Source: Escherichia phage T7
Reading direction: 5' to 3' (one strand)
Length of the DNA: 37,825 nucleotides
Sequence record: MZ375271.1
In this document: positions 19,976-31,600 of the stretch, in pieces
How the letters are laid out: every line of letters starts with the position of its first letter
Numbering within the stretch: position 1 is the stretch's first letter
Translations under genes and position numbers: made by a program
The notes under the pieces: generated by a model
The model's database searches: none
What the model was told of the DNA's origin: nothing
The model's input: the letters and a program-made list of their open reading frames with translations, nothing else

Positions 19976-20899
19976 ATGGCTGAATCTAATGCAGACGTAT
20001 ATGCATCTTTTGGCGTGAACTCCGCTGTGATGTCTGGTGGTTCCGTTGAGGAACATGAGCAGAACATGCTGGCTCTTGATGTTGCTGCCCGTGATGGCGA
20101 TGATGCAATCGAGTTAGCGTCAGACGAAGTGGAAACAGAACGTGACCTGTATGACAACTCTGACCCGTTCGGTCAAGAGGATGACGAAGGCCGCATTCAG
20201 GTTCGTATCGGTGATGGCTCTGAGCCGACCGATGTGGACACTGGAGAAGAAGGCGTTGAGGGCACCGAAGGTTCCGAAGAGTTTACCCCACTGGGCGAGA
20301 CTCCAGAAGAACTGGTAGCTGCCTCTGAGCAACTTGGTGAGCACGAAGAGGGCTTCCAAGAGATGATTAACATTGCTGCTGAGCGTGGCATGAGTGTCGA
20401 GACCATTGAGGCTATCCAGCGTGAGTACGAGGAGAACGAAGAGTTGTCCGCCGAGTCCTACGCTAAGCTGGCTGAAATTGGCTACACGAAGGCTTTCATT
20501 GACTCGTATATCCGTGGTCAAGAAGCTCTGGTGGAGCAGTACGTAAACAGTGTCATTGAGTACGCTGGTGGTCGTGAACGTTTTGATGCACTGTATAACC
20601 ACCTTGAGACGCACAACCCTGAGGCTGCACAGTCGCTGGATAATGCGTTGACCAATCGTGACTTAGCGACCGTTAAGGCTATCATCAACTTGGCTGGTGA
20701 GTCTCGCGCTAAGGCGTTCGGTCGTAAGCCAACTCGTAGTGTGACTAATCGTGCTATTCCGGCTAAACCTCAGGCTACCAAGCGTGAAGGCTTTGCGGAC
20801 CGTAGCGAGATGATTAAAGCTATGAGTGACCCTCGGTATCGCACAGATGCCAACTATCGTCGTCAAGTCGAACAGAAAGTAATCGATTCGAACTTCTGA
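19976..20899 (+). CDS. 9: Capsid scaffolding protein gp9, 307 aa
   Basis: ORF-track 307 aa MAESNADVYASFGVNSAVMSGGSVEEHEQNM...; acidic. Confidence 0.95.
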   Translation: MAESNADVYASFGVNSAVMSGGSVEEHEQNMLALDVAARDGDDAIELASDEVETERDLYDNSDPFGQEDDEGRIQVRIGDGSEPTDVDTGEEGVEGTEGSEEFTPLGETPEELVAASEQLGEHEEGFQEMINIAAERGMSVETIEAIQREYEENEELSAESYAKLAEIGYTKAFIDSYIRGQEALVEQYVNSVIEYAGGRERFDALYNHLETHNPEAAQSLDNALTNRDLATVKAIINLAGESRAKAFGRKPTRSVTNRAIPAKPQATKREGFADRSEMIKAMSDPRYRTDANYRRQVEQKVIDSNF

Positions 20900-20912
20900 T
20901 AGACTTCGAAAT

Positions 20913-20935
20913 TAATACGACTCACTATATGGAGA
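20913..20935 (+). promoter_or_regulatory. T7 RNAP class III promoter phi10 with T at +1
   Basis: taatacgactcactataTggaga; -17..-1 consensus, +1 (20930) is t where every other class III promoter in this window has g. Confidence 0.85.
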
Positions 20936-20992
20936 CCACAACGGTTTCCCTCTAGAAATAATTTTGTTTAACTTTAAGAAGGAGATATACAT

Positions 20993-22030
20993 ATGGCTAG
21001 CATGACTGGTGGACAGCAAATGGGTACTAACCAAGGTAAAGGTGTAGTTGCTGCTGGAGATAAACTGGCGTTGTTCTTGAAGGTATTTGGCGGTGAAGTC
21101 CTGACTGCGTTCGCTCGTACCTCCGTGACCACTTCTCGCCACATGGTACGTTCCATCTCCAGCGGTAAATCCGCTCAGTTCCCTGTTCTGGGTCGCACTC
21201 AGGCAGCGTATCTGGCTCCGGGCGAGAACCTCGACGATAAACGTAAGGACATCAAACACACCGAGAAGGTAATCACCATTGACGGTCTCCTGACGGCTGA
21301 CGTTCTGATTTATGATATTGAGGACGCGATGAACCACTACGACGTTCGCTCTGAGTATACCTCTCAGTTGGGTGAATCTCTGGCGATGGCTGCGGATGGT
21401 GCGGTTCTGGCTGAGATTGCCGGTCTGTGTAACGTGGAAAGCAAATATAATGAGAACATCGAGGGCTTAGGTACTGCTACCGTAATTGAGACCACTCAGA
21501 ACAAGGCCGCACTTACCGACCAAGTTGCGCTGGGTAAGGAGATTATTGCGGCTCTGACTAAGGCTCGTGCGGCTCTGACCAAGAACTATGTTCCGGCTGC
21601 TGACCGTGTGTTCTACTGTGACCCAGATAGCTACTCTGCGATTCTGGCAGCACTGATGCCGAACGCAGCAAACTACGCTGCTCTGATTGACCCTGAGAAG
21701 GGTTCTATCCGCAACGTTATGGGCTTTGAGGTTGTAGAAGTTCCGCACCTCACCGCTGGTGGTGCTGGTACCGCTCGTGAGGGCACTACTGGTCAGAAGC
21801 ACGTCTTCCCTGCCAATAAAGGTGAGGGTAATGTCAAGGTTGCTAAGGACAACGTTATCGGCCTGTTCATGCACCGCTCTGCGGTAGGTACTGTTAAGCT
21901 GCGTGACTTGGCTCTGGAGCGCGCTCGCCGTGCTAACTTCCAAGCGGACCAGATTATCGCTAAGTACGCAATGGGCCACGGTGGTCTTCGCCCAGAAGCT
22001 GCTGGTGCAGTGGTTTTCAAAGTGGAGTAA
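20993..22030 (+). CDS. 10A: Major capsid protein gp10A, 345 aa
   Basis: ORF-track 345 aa MASMTGGQQMGTNQGKGVVAAGDKLALFLK...AVVFKVE; RBS aaggag; recognised sequence. Confidence 0.98.
   Translation: MASMTGGQQMGTNQGKGVVAAGDKLALFLKVFGGEVLTAFARTSVTTSRHMVRSISSGKSAQFPVLGRTQAAYLAPGENLDDKRKDIKHTEKVITIDGLLTADVLIYDIEDAMNHYDVRSEYTSQLGESLAMAADGAVLAEIAGLCNVESKYNENIEGLGTATVIETTQNKAALTDQVALGKEIIAALTKARAALTKNYVPAADRVFYCDPDSYSAILAALMPNAANYAALIDPEKGSIRNVMGFEVVEVPHLTAGGAGTAREGTTGQKHVFPANKGEGNVKVAKDNVIGLFMHRSAVGTVKLRDLALERARRANFQADQIIAKYAMGHGGLRPEAAGAVVFKVE
22012..22018 (+). promoter_or_regulatory. Programmed -1 ribosomal frameshift slippery site for capsid 10B
   Basis: ggttttc heptamer 12 nt before the 10A stop; established T7 10A/10B frameshift. 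Confidence 0.6.
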
Positions 22031-22188
22031 TGCTGGGGGTGGCCTCAACGGTCGCTGCTAGTCCCGAAGAGGCGAGTGTTACTTCAACAGAAGAAACCTT
22101 AACGCCAGCACAGGAGGCCGCACGCACCCGCGCTGCTAACAAAGCCCGAAAGGAAGCTGAGTTGGCTGCTGCCACCGCTGAGCAATAA
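22015..22188 (+). other. 10B: Minor capsid 10B C-terminal extension read in -1 frame after frameshift
   Basis: -1 frame is open from the slippery site to taa 22186..22188 just before Tphi. Confidence 0.6.
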
Positions 22189-22196
22189 CTAGCATA

Positions 22197-22236
22197 ACCC
22201 CTTGGGGCCTCTAAACGGGTCTTGAGGGGTTTTTTG
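22197..22236 (+). terminator. T7 RNAP terminator Tphi
   Basis: aaccccttggggcctctaaacgggtcttgaggggttttttg stem-loop plus U-run. Confidence 0.95.
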
Positions 22237-22253
22237 CTGAAAGGAGGAACTAT

Positions 22254-22844
22254 ATGCGCTCATACGATATGAACGTTGAGACTGCCGCTGAGTTATCAGC
22301 TGTGAACGACATTCTGGCGTCTATCGGTGAACCTCCGGTATCAACGCTGGAAGGTGACGCTAACGCAGATGCAGCGAACGCTCGGCGTATTCTCAACAAG
22401 ATTAACCGACAGATTCAATCTCGTGGATGGACGTTCAACATTGAGGAAGGCATAACGCTACTACCTGATGTTTACTCCAACCTGATTGTATACAGTGACG
22501 ACTATTTATCCCTAATGTCTACTTCCGGTCAATCCATCTACGTTAACCGAGGTGGCTATGTGTATGACCGAACGAGTCAATCAGACCGCTTTGACTCTGG
22601 TATTACTGTGAACATTATTCGTCTCCGCGACTACGATGAGATGCCTGAGTGCTTCCGTTACTGGATTGTCACCAAGGCTTCCCGTCAGTTCAACAACCGA
22701 TTCTTTGGGGAACCGGAAGTAGAGGGTGTACTCCAAGAAGAGGAAGATGAGGCTAGACGTCTCTGCATGGAGTATGAGATGGACTACGGTGGGTACAATA
22801 TGCTGGATGGAGATGCGTTCACTTCTGGTCTACTGACTCGCTAA
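22254..22844 (+). CDS. 11: Tail tubular protein gp11, 196 aa
   Basis: ORF-track 196 aa [29 protein letters not shown]...; RBS aaggagg. Confidence 0.93.
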   Translation: MRSYDMNVETAAELSAVNDILASIGEPPVSTLEGDANADAANARRILNKINRQIQSRGWTFNIEEGITLLPDVYSNLIVYSDDYLSLMSTSGQSIYVNRGGYVYDRTSQSDRFDSGITVNIIRLRDYDEMPECFRYWIVTKASRQFNNRFFGEPEVEGVLQEEEDEARRLCMEYEMDYGGYNMLDGDAFTSGLLTR

Positions 22845-22867
22845 CATTAATAAATAAGGAGGCTCTA

Positions 22868-25252
22868 ATGGCACTCATTAGCCAATCAATCAAGAACTTG
22901 AAGGGTGGTATCAGCCAACAGCCTGACATCCTTCGTTATCCAGACCAAGGGTCACGCCAAGTTAACGGTTGGTCTTCGGAGACCGAGGGCCTCCAAAAGC
23001 GTCCACCTCTTGTTTTCTTAAATACACTTGGAGACAACGGTGCGTTAGGTCAAGCTCCGTACATCCACCTGATTAACCGAGATGAGCACGAACAGTATTA
23101 CGCTGTGTTCACTGGTAGCGGAATCCGAGTGTTCGACCTTTCTGGTAACGAGAAGCAAGTTAGGTATCCTAACGGTTCCAACTACATCAAGACCGCTAAT
23201 CCACGTAACGACCTGCGAATGGTTACTGTAGCAGACTATACGTTCATCGTTAACCGTAACGTTGTTGCACAGAAGAACACAAAGTCTGTCAACTTACCGA
23301 ATTACAACCCTAATCAAGACGGATTGATTAACGTTCGTGGTGGTCAGTATGGTAGGGAACTAATTGTACACATTAACGGTAAAGACGTTGCGAAGTATAA
23401 GATACCATATGGTAGTCAACCTGAACACGTAAACAATACGGATGCCCAATGGTTAGCTGAAGAGTTAGCCAAGCAGATGCGCACTAACTTGTCTGATTGG
23501 ACTGTAAATGTAGGGCAAGGGTTCATCCATGTGACCGCACCTAGTGGTCAACAGATTGACTCCTTCACGACTAAAGATGGCTACGCAGACCAGTTGATTA
23601 ACCCTGTGACCCACTACGCTCAGTCGTTCTCTAAGCTGCCACCTAATGCTCCTAACGGCTACATGGTGAAAATCGTAGGGGACGCCTCTAAGTCTGCCGA
23701 CCAGTATTACGTTCGGTATGACGCTGAGCGGAAAGTTTGGACTGAGACTTTAGGTTGGAACACTGAGGACCAAGTTCTATGGGAAACCATGCCACACGCT
23801 CTTGTGCGAGCCGCTGACGGTAATTTCGACTTCAAGTGGCTTGAGTGGTCTCCTAAGTCTTGTGGTGACGTTGACACCAACCCTTGGCCTTCTTTTGTTG
23901 GTTCAAGTATTAACGATGTGTTCTTCTTCCGTAACCGCTTAGGATTCCTTAGTGGGGAGAACATCATATTGAGTCGTACAGCCAAATACTTCAACTTCTA
24001 CCCTGCGTCCATTGCGAACCTTAGTGATGACGACCCTATAGACGCAGCTGTGAGTACCAACCGAATAGCAATCCTTAAGTACGCCGTTCCGTTCTCAGAA
24101 GAGTTACTCATCTGGTCCGATGAAGCACAATTCGTCCTGACTGCCTCGGGTACTCTCACATCTAAGTCGGTTGAGTTGAACCTAACGACCCAGTTTGACG
24201 TACAGGACCGAGCGAGACCTTTTGGGATTGGGCGTAATGTCTACTTTGCTAGTCCGAGGTCCAGCTTCACGTCCATCCACAGGTACTACGCTGTGCAGGA
24301 TGTCAGTTCCGTTAAGAATGCTGAGGACATTACATCACACGTTCCTAACTACATCCCTAATGGTGTGTTCAGTATTTGCGGAAGTGGTACGGAAAACTTC
24401 TGTTCGGTACTATCTCACGGGGACCCTAGTAAAATCTTCATGTACAAATTCCTGTACCTGAACGAAGAGTTAAGGCAACAGTCGTGGTCTCATTGGGACT
24501 TTGGGGAAAACGTACAGGTTCTAGCTTGTCAGAGTATCAGCTCAGATATGTATGTGATTCTTCGCAATGAGTTCAATACGTTCCTAGCTAGAATCTCTTT
24601 CACTAAGAACGCCATTGACTTACAGGGAGAACCCTATCGTGCCTTTATGGACATGAAGATTCGATACACGATTCCTAGTGGAACATACAACGATGACACA
24701 TTCACTACCTCTATTCATATTCCAACAATTTATGGTGCAAACTTCGGGAGGGGCAAAATCACTGTATTGGAGCCTGATGGTAAGATAACCGTGTTTGAGC
24801 AACCTACGGCTGGGTGGAATAGCGACCCTTGGCTGAGACTCAGCGGTAACTTGGAGGGACGCATGGTGTACATTGGGTTCAACATTAACTTCGTATATGA
24901 GTTCTCTAAGTTCCTCATCAAGCAGACTGCCGACGACGGGTCTACCTCCACGGAAGACATTGGGCGCTTACAGTTACGCCGAGCGTGGGTTAACTACGAG
25001 AACTCTGGTACGTTTGACATTTATGTTGAGAACCAATCGTCTAACTGGAAGTACACAATGGCTGGTGCCCGATTAGGCTCTAACACTCTGAGGGCTGGGA
25101 GACTGAACTTAGGGACCGGACAATATCGATTCCCTGTGGTTGGTAACGCCAAGTTCAACACTGTATACATCTTGTCAGATGAGACTACCCCTCTGAACAT
25201 CATTGGGTGTGGCTGGGAAGGTAACTACTTACGGAGAAGTTCCGGTATTTAA
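22868..25252 (+). CDS. 12: Tail tubular protein gp12, 794 aa
   Basis: ORF-track 794 aa MALISQSIKNLKGGISQQPDILRYPDQG... Confidence 0.95.
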   Translation: MALISQSIKNLKGGISQQPDILRYPDQGSRQVNGWSSETEGLQKRPPLVFLNTLGDNGALGQAPYIHLINRDEHEQYYAVFTGSGIRVFDLSGNEKQVRYPNGSNYIKTANPRNDLRMVTVADYTFIVNRNVVAQKNTKSVNLPNYNPNQDGLINVRGGQYGRELIVHINGKDVAKYKIPYGSQPEHVNNTDAQWLAEELAKQMRTNLSDWTVNVGQGFIHVTAPSGQQIDSFTTKDGYADQLINPVTHYAQSFSKLPPNAPNGYMVKIVGDASKSADQYYVRYDAERKVWTETLGWNTEDQVLWETMPHALVRAADGNFDFKWLEWSPKSCGDVDTNPWPSFVGSSINDVFFFRNRLGFLSGENIILSRTAKYFNFYPASIANLSDDDPIDAAVSTNRIAILKYAVPFSEELLIWSDEAQFVLTASGTLTSKSVELNLTTQFDVQDRARPFGIGRNVYFASPRSSFTSIHRYYAVQDVSSVKNAEDITSHVPNYIPNGVFSICGSGTENFCSVLSHGDPSKIFMYKFLYLNEELRQQSWSHWDFGENVQVLACQSISSDMYVILRNEFNTFLARISFTKNAIDLQGEPYRAFMDMKIRYTIPSGTYNDDTFTTSIHIPTIYGANFGRGKITVLEPDGKITVFEQPTAGWNSDPWLRLSGNLEGRMVYIGFNINFVYEFSKFLIKQTADDGSTSTEDIGRLQLRRAWVNYENSGTFDIYVENQSSNWKYTMAGARLGSNTLRAGRLNLGTGQYRFPVVGNAKFNTVYILSDETTPLNIIGCGWEGNYLRRSSGI

Positions 25253-25282
25253 TTAAATATTCTCCCTGTGGTGGCTCGAAAT

Positions 25283-25305
25283 TAATACGACTCACTATAG
25301 GGAGA
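25283..25305 (+). promoter_or_regulatory. T7 RNAP class III promoter phi13
   Basis: taatacgactcactatagggaga exact consensus, +1 at 25300. Confidence 0.9.
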
Positions 25306-25332
25306 ACAATACGACTACGGGAGGGTTTTCTT

Positions 25333-25749
25333 ATGATGACTATAAGACCTACTAAAAGTACAGACTTTGAGGTATTCACTCCGGCTCACCATGACATTCT
25401 TGAAGCTAAGGCTGCTGGTATTGAGCCGAGTTTCCCTGATGCTTCCGAGTGTGTCACGTTGAGCCTCTATGGGTTCCCTCTAGCTATCGGTGGTAACTGC
25501 GGGGACCAGTGCTGGTTCGTTACGAGCGACCAAGTGTGGCGACTTAGTGGAAAGGCTAAGCGAAAGTTCCGTAAGTTAATCATGGAGTATCGCGATAAGA
25601 TGCTTGAGAAGTATGATACTCTTTGGAATTACGTATGGGTAGGCAATACGTCCCACATTCGTTTCCTCAAGACTATCGGTGCGGTATTCCATGAAGAGTA
25701 CACACGAGATGGTCAATTTCAGTTATTTACAATCACGAAAGGAGGATAA
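25333..25749 (+). CDS. 13: Internal virion protein gp13, 138 aa
   Basis: ORF-track 138 aa MMTIRPTKSTDFEVFTPAHHDILEAKAAG... Confidence 0.85.
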   Translation: MMTIRPTKSTDFEVFTPAHHDILEAKAAGIEPSFPDASECVTLSLYGFPLAIGGNCGDQCWFVTSDQVWRLSGKAKRKFRKLIMEYRDKMLEKYDTLWNYVWVGNTSHIRFLKTIGAVFHEEYTRDGQFQLFTITKGG

Positions 25750-25753
25750 CCAT

Positions 25754-26344
25754 ATGTGTTGGGCAGCCGCAATACCTATCGCTATATCTGGCGCTCAGGC
25801 TATCAGTGGTCAGAACGCTCAGGCCAAAATGATTGCCGCTCAGACCGCTGCTGGTCGTCGTCAAGCTATGGAAATCATGAGGCAGACGAACATCCAGAAT
25901 GCTGACCTATCGTTGCAAGCTCGAAGTAAACTTGAGGAAGCGTCCGCCGAGTTGACCTCACAGAACATGCAGAAGGTCCAAGCTATTGGGTCTATCCGAG
26001 CGGCTATCGGAGAGAGTATGCTTGAAGGTTCCTCAATGGACCGCATTAAGCGAGTCACAGAAGGACAGTTCATTCGGGAAGCCAATATGGTAACTGAGAA
26101 CTATCGCCGTGACTACCAAGCAATCTTCGCACAGCAACTTGGTGGTACTCAAAGTGCTGCAAGTCAGATTGACGAAATCTATAAGAGCGAACAGAAACAG
26201 AAGAGTAAGCTACAGATGGTTCTGGACCCACTGGCTATCATGGGGTCTTCCGCTGCGAGTGCTTACGCATCCGGTGCGTTCGACTCTAAGTCCACAACTA
26301 AGGCACCTATTGTTGCCGCTAAAGGAACCAAGACGGGGAGGTAA
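25754..26344 (+). CDS. 14: Internal core protein gp14, 196 aa
   Basis: MCWAAAIPIAISGAQAISGQNAQAKMIAAQ...; ATG 25754 after RBS aaggagga; in frame within ORF-track 25679..26344. Confidence 0.9.
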   Translation: MCWAAAIPIAISGAQAISGQNAQAKMIAAQTAAGRRQAMEIMRQTNIQNADLSLQARSKLEEASAELTSQNMQKVQAIGSIRAAIGESMLEGSSMDRIKRVTEGQFIREANMVTENYRRDYQAIFAQQLGGTQSAASQIDEIYKSEQKQKSKLQMVLDPLAIMGSSAASAYASGAFDSKSTTKAPIVAAKGTKTGR

Positions 26345-26350
26345 TGAGCT

Positions 26351-28594
26351 ATGAGTAAAATTGAATCTGCCCTTCAAGCGGCACAACCGGGACTCTCTCG
26401 GTTACGTGGTGGTGCTGGAGGTATGGGCTATCGTGCAGCAACCACTCAGGCCGAACAGCCAAGGTCAAGCCTATTGGACACCATTGGTCGGTTCGCTAAG
26501 GCTGGTGCCGATATGTATACCGCTAAGGAACAACGAGCACGAGACCTAGCTGATGAACGCTCTAACGAGATTATCCGTAAGCTGACCCCTGAGCAACGTC
26601 GAGAAGCTCTCAACAACGGGACCCTTCTGTATCAGGATGACCCATACGCTATGGAAGCACTCCGAGTCAAGACTGGTCGTAACGCTGCGTATCTTGTGGA
26701 CGATGACGTTATGCAGAAGATAAAAGAGGGTGTCTTCCGTACTCGCGAAGAGATGGAAGAGTATCGCCATAGTCGCCTTCAAGAGGGCGCTAAGGTATAC
26801 GCTGAGCAGTTCGGCATCGACCCTGAGGACGTTGATTATCAGCGTGGTTTCAACGGGGACATTACCGAGCGTAACATCTCGCTGTATGGTGCGCATGATA
26901 ACTTCTTGAGCCAGCAAGCTCAGAAGGGCGCTATCATGAACAGCCGAGTGGAACTCAACGGTGTCCTTCAAGACCCTGATATGCTGCGTCGTCCAGACTC
27001 TGCTGACTTCTTTGAGAAGTATATCGACAACGGTCTGGTTACTGGCGCAATCCCATCTGATGCTCAAGCCACACAGCTTATAAGCCAAGCGTTCAGTGAC
27101 GCTTCTAGCCGTGCTGGTGGTGCTGACTTCCTGATGCGAGTCGGTGACAAGAAGGTAACACTTAACGGAGCCACTACGACTTACCGAGAGTTGATTGGTG
27201 AGGAACAGTGGAACGCTCTCATGGTCACAGCACAACGTTCTCAGTTTGAGACTGACGCGAAGCTGAACGAGCAGTATCGCTTGAAGATTAACTCTGCGCT
27301 GAACCAAGAGGACCCAAGGACAGCTTGGGAGATGCTTCAAGGTATCAAGGCTGAACTAGATAAGGTCCAACCTGATGAGCAGATGACACCACAACGTGAG
27401 TGGCTAATCTCCGCACAGGAACAAGTTCAGAATCAGATGAACGCATGGACGAAAGCTCAGGCCAAGGCTCTGGACGATTCCATGAAGTCAATGAACAAAC
27501 TTGACGTAATCGACAAGCAATTCCAGAAGCGAATCAACGGTGAGTGGGTCTCAACGGATTTTAAGGATATGCCAGTCAACGAGAACACTGGTGAGTTCAA
27601 GCATAGCGATATGGTTAACTACGCCAATAAGAAGCTCGCTGAGATTGACAGTATGGACATTCCAGACGGTGCCAAGGATGCTATGAAGTTGAAGTACCTT
27701 CAAGCGGACTCTAAGGACGGAGCATTCCGTACAGCCATCGGAACCATGGTCACTGACGCTGGTCAAGAGTGGTCTGCCGCTGTGATTAACGGTAAGTTAC
27801 CAGAACGAACCCCAGCTATGGATGCTCTGCGCAGAATCCGCAATGCTGACCCTCAGTTGATTGCTGCGCTATACCCAGACCAAGCTGAGCTATTCCTGAC
27901 GATGGACATGATGGACAAGCAGGGTATTGACCCTCAGGTTATTCTTGATGCCGACCGACTGACTGTTAAGCGGTCCAAAGAGCAACGCTTTGAGGATGAT
28001 AAAGCATTCGAGTCTGCACTGAATGCATCTAAGGCTCCTGAGATTGCCCGTATGCCAGCGTCACTGCGCGAATCTGCACGTAAGATTTATGACTCCGTTA
28101 AGTATCGCTCGGGGAACGAAAGCATGGCTATGGAGCAGATGACCAAGTTCCTTAAGGAATCTACCTACACGTTCACTGGTGATGATGTTGACGGTGATAC
28201 CGTTGGTGTGATTCCTAAGAATATGATGCAGGTTAACTCTGACCCGAAATCATGGGAGCAAGGTCGGGATATTCTGGAGGAAGCACGTAAGGGAATCATT
28301 GCGAGCAACCCTTGGATAACCAATAAGCAACTGACCATGTATTCTCAAGGTGACTCCATTTACCTTATGGACACCACAGGTCAAGTCAGAGTCCGATACG
28401 ACAAAGAGTTACTCTCGAAGGTCTGGAGTGAGAACCAGAAGAAACTCGAAGAGAAAGCTCGTGAGAAGGCTCTGGCTGATGTGAACAAGCGAGCACCTAT
28501 AGTTGCCGCTACGAAGGCCCGTGAAGCTGCTGCTAAACGAGTCCGAGAGAAACGTAAACAGACTCCTAAGTTCATCTACGGACGTAAGGAGTAA
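26351..28594 (+). CDS. 15: Internal core protein gp15, 747 aa
   Basis: ORF-track 747 aa MSKIESALQAAQPGLSRLRGGAGGMGYRAATTQ... Confidence 0.95.
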   Translation: MSKIESALQAAQPGLSRLRGGAGGMGYRAATTQAEQPRSSLLDTIGRFAKAGADMYTAKEQRARDLADERSNEIIRKLTPEQRREALNNGTLLYQDDPYAMEALRVKTGRNAAYLVDDDVMQKIKEGVFRTREEMEEYRHSRLQEGAKVYAEQFGIDPEDVDYQRGFNGDITERNISLYGAHDNFLSQQAQKGAIMNSRVELNGVLQDPDMLRRPDSADFFEKYIDNGLVTGAIPSDAQATQLISQAFSDASSRAGGADFLMRVGDKKVTLNGATTTYRELIGEEQWNALMVTAQRSQFETDAKLNEQYRLKINSALNQEDPRTAWEMLQGIKAELDKVQPDEQMTPQREWLISAQEQVQNQMNAWTKAQAKALDDSMKSMNKLDVIDKQFQKRINGEWVSTDFKDMPVNENTGEFKHSDMVNYANKKLAEIDSMDIPDGAKDAMKLKYLQADSKDGAFRTAIGTMVTDAGQEWSAAVINGKLPERTPAMDALRRIRNADPQLIAALYPDQAELFLTMDMMDKQGIDPQVILDADRLTVKRSKEQRFEDDKAFESALNASKAPEIARMPASLRESARKIYDSVKYRSGNESMAMEQMTKFLKESTYTFTGDDVDGDTVGVIPKNMMQVNSDPKSWEQGRDILEEARKGIIASNPWITNKQLTMYSQGDSIYLMDTTGQVRVRYDKELLSKVWSENQKKLEEKAREKALADVNKRAPIVAATKAREAAAKRVREKRKQTPKFIYGRKE

Positions 28595-28620
28595 CTAAAG
28601 GCTACATAAGGAGGCCCTAA

Positions 28621-31600
28621 ATGGATAAGTACGATAAGAACGTACCAAGTGATTATGATGGTCTGTTCCAAAAGGCTGCTGATGCCAACGGGGTCTCTTA
28701 TGACCTTTTACGTAAAGTCGCTTGGACAGAATCACGATTTGTGCCTACAGCAAAATCTAAGACTGGACCATTAGGCATGATGCAATTTACCAAGGCAACC
28801 GCTAAGGCCCTCGGTCTGCGAGTTACCGATGGTCCAGACGACGACCGACTGAACCCTGAGTTAGCTATTAATGCTGCCGCTAAGCAACTTGCAGGTCTGG
28901 TAGGGAAGTTTGATGGCGATGAACTCAAAGCTGCCCTTGCGTACAACCAAGGCGAGGGACGCTTGGGTAATCCACAACTTGAGGCGTACTCTAAGGGAGA
29001 CTTCGCATCAATCTCTGAGGAGGGACGTAACTACATGCGTAACCTTCTGGATGTTGCTAAGTCACCTATGGCTGGACAGTTGGAAACTTTTGGTGGCATA
29101 ACCCCAAAGGGTAAAGGCATTCCGGCTGAGGTAGGATTGGCTGGAATTGGTCACAAGCAGAAAGTAACACAGGAACTTCCTGAGTCCACAAGTTTTGACG
29201 TTAAGGGTATCGAACAGGAGGCTACGGCGAAACCATTCGCCAAGGACTTTTGGGAGACCCACGGAGAAACACTTGACGAGTACAACAGTCGTTCAACCTT
29301 CTTCGGATTCAAAAATGCTGCCGAAGCTGAACTCTCCAACTCAGTCGCTGGGATGGCTTTCCGTGCTGGTCGTCTCGATAATGGTTTTGATGTGTTTAAA
29401 GACACCATTACGCCGACTCGCTGGAACTCTCACATCTGGACTCCAGAGGAGTTAGAGAAGATTCGAACAGAGGTTAAGAACCCTGCGTACATCAACGTTG
29501 TAACTGGTGGTTCCCCTGAGAACCTCGATGACCTCATTAAATTGGCTAACGAGAACTTTGAGAATGGCTCCCGCGCTGCCGAGGCTGGCCTAGGTGCCAA
29601 ACTGAGTGCTGGTATTATTGGTGCTGGTGTGGACCCGCTTAGCTATGTTCCTATGGTCGGTGTCACTGGTAAGGGCTTTAAGTTAATCAATAAGGCTCTT
29701 GTAGTTGGTGCCGAAAGTGCTGCTCTGAACGTTGCATCCGAAGGTCTCCGTACCTCCGTAGCTGGTGGTGACGCAGACTATGCGGGTGCTGCCTTAGGTG
29801 GCTTTGTGTTTGGCGCAGGCATGTCTGCAATCAGTGACGCTGTAGCTGCTGGACTGAAACGCAGTAAACCAGAAGCTGAGTTCGACAATGAGTTCATCGG
29901 TCCTATGATGCGATTGGAAGCCCGTGAGACAGCACGAAACGCCAACTCTGCGGACCTCTCTCGGATGAACACTGAGAACATGAAGTTTGAAGGTGAACAT
30001 AATGGTGTCCCTTATGAGGACTTACCAACAGAGAGAGGTGCCGTGGTGTTACATGATGGCTCCGTTCTAAGTGCAAGCAACCCAATCAACCCTAAGACTC
30101 TAAAAGAGTTCTCCGAGGTTGACCCTGAGAAGGCTGCGCGAGGAATCAAACTGGCTGGGTTCACCGAGATTGGCTTGAAGACCTTGGGGTCTGACGATGC
30201 TGACATCCGTAGAGTGGCTATCGACCTCGTTCGCTCTCCTACTGGTATGCAGTCTGGTGCCTCAGGTAAGTTCGGTGCAACAGCTTCTGACATCCATGAG
30301 AGACTTCATGGTACTGACCAGCGTACTTATAATGACTTGTACAAAGCAATGTCTGACGCTATGAAAGACCCTGAGTTCTCTACTGGCGGCGCTAAGATGT
30401 CCCGTGAAGAAACTCGATACACTATCTACCGTAGAGCGGCACTAGCTATTGAGCGTCCAGAACTACAGAAGGCACTCACTCCGTCTGAGAGAATCGTTAT
30501 GGACATCATTAAGCGTCACTTTGACACCAAGCGTGAACTTATGGAAAACCCAGCAATATTCGGTAACACAAAGGCTGTGAGTATCTTCCCTGAGAGTCGC
30601 CACAAAGGTACTTACGTTCCTCACGTATATGACCGTCATGCCAAGGCGCTGATGATTCAACGCTACGGTGCCGAAGGTTTGCAGGAAGGGATTGCCCGCT
30701 CATGGATGAACAGCTACGTCTCCAGACCTGAGGTCAAGGCCAGAGTCGATGAGATGCTTAAGGAATTACACGGGGTGAAGGAAGTAACACCAGAGATGGT
30801 AGAGAAGTACGCTATGGATAAGGCTTATGGTATCTCCCACTCAGACCAGTTCACCAACAGTTCCATAATAGAAGAGAACATTGAGGGCTTAGTAGGTATC
30901 GAGAATAACTCATTCCTTGAGGCACGTAACTTGTTTGATTCGGACCTATCCATCACTATGCCAGACGGACAGCAATTCTCAGTGAATGACCTAAGGGACT
31001 TCGATATGTTCCGCATCATGCCAGCGTATGACCGCCGTGTCAATAGTGACATCGCCATCATGGGGTCTACTGGTAAAACCACTAAGGAACTTAAGGATGA
31101 GATTTTGGCTCTCAAAGCGAAAGCTGAGGGAGACGGTAAGAAGACTGGCGAGGTACATGCTTTAATGGATACCGTTAAGATTCTTACTGGTCGTGCTAGA
31201 CGCAATCAGGACACTGTGTGGGAAACCTCACTGCGTGCCATCAATGACCTAGGGTTCTTCGCTAAGAACGCCTACATGGGTGCTCAGAACATTACGGAGA
31301 TTGCTGGGATGATTGTCACTGGTAACGTTCGTGCTCTAGGGCATGGTATCCCAATTCTGCGTGATACACTCTACAAGTCTAAACCAGTTTCAGCTAAGGA
31401 ACTCAAGGAACTCCATGCGTCTCTGTTCGGGAAGGAGGTGGACCAGTTGATTCGGCCTAAACGTGCTGACATTGTGCAGCGCCTAAGGGAAGCAACTGAT
31501 ACCGGACCTGCCGTGGCGAACATCGTAGGGACCTTGAAGTATTCAACACAGGAACTGGCTGCTCGCTCTCCGTGGACTAAGCTACTGAACGGAACCACTA

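Noticed and set aside
20913-22236. Looks like a pET-type expression cassette: T7 promoter, xbaI site, strong RBS, MASMTGGQQMG T7-tag and T7 terminator
   Set aside because: This is the native phage gene 10 region from which those vector parts were taken; a full-length 345-aa capsid gene lies between leader and terminator and the flanks are phage genes 9 and 11, with no vector backbone.
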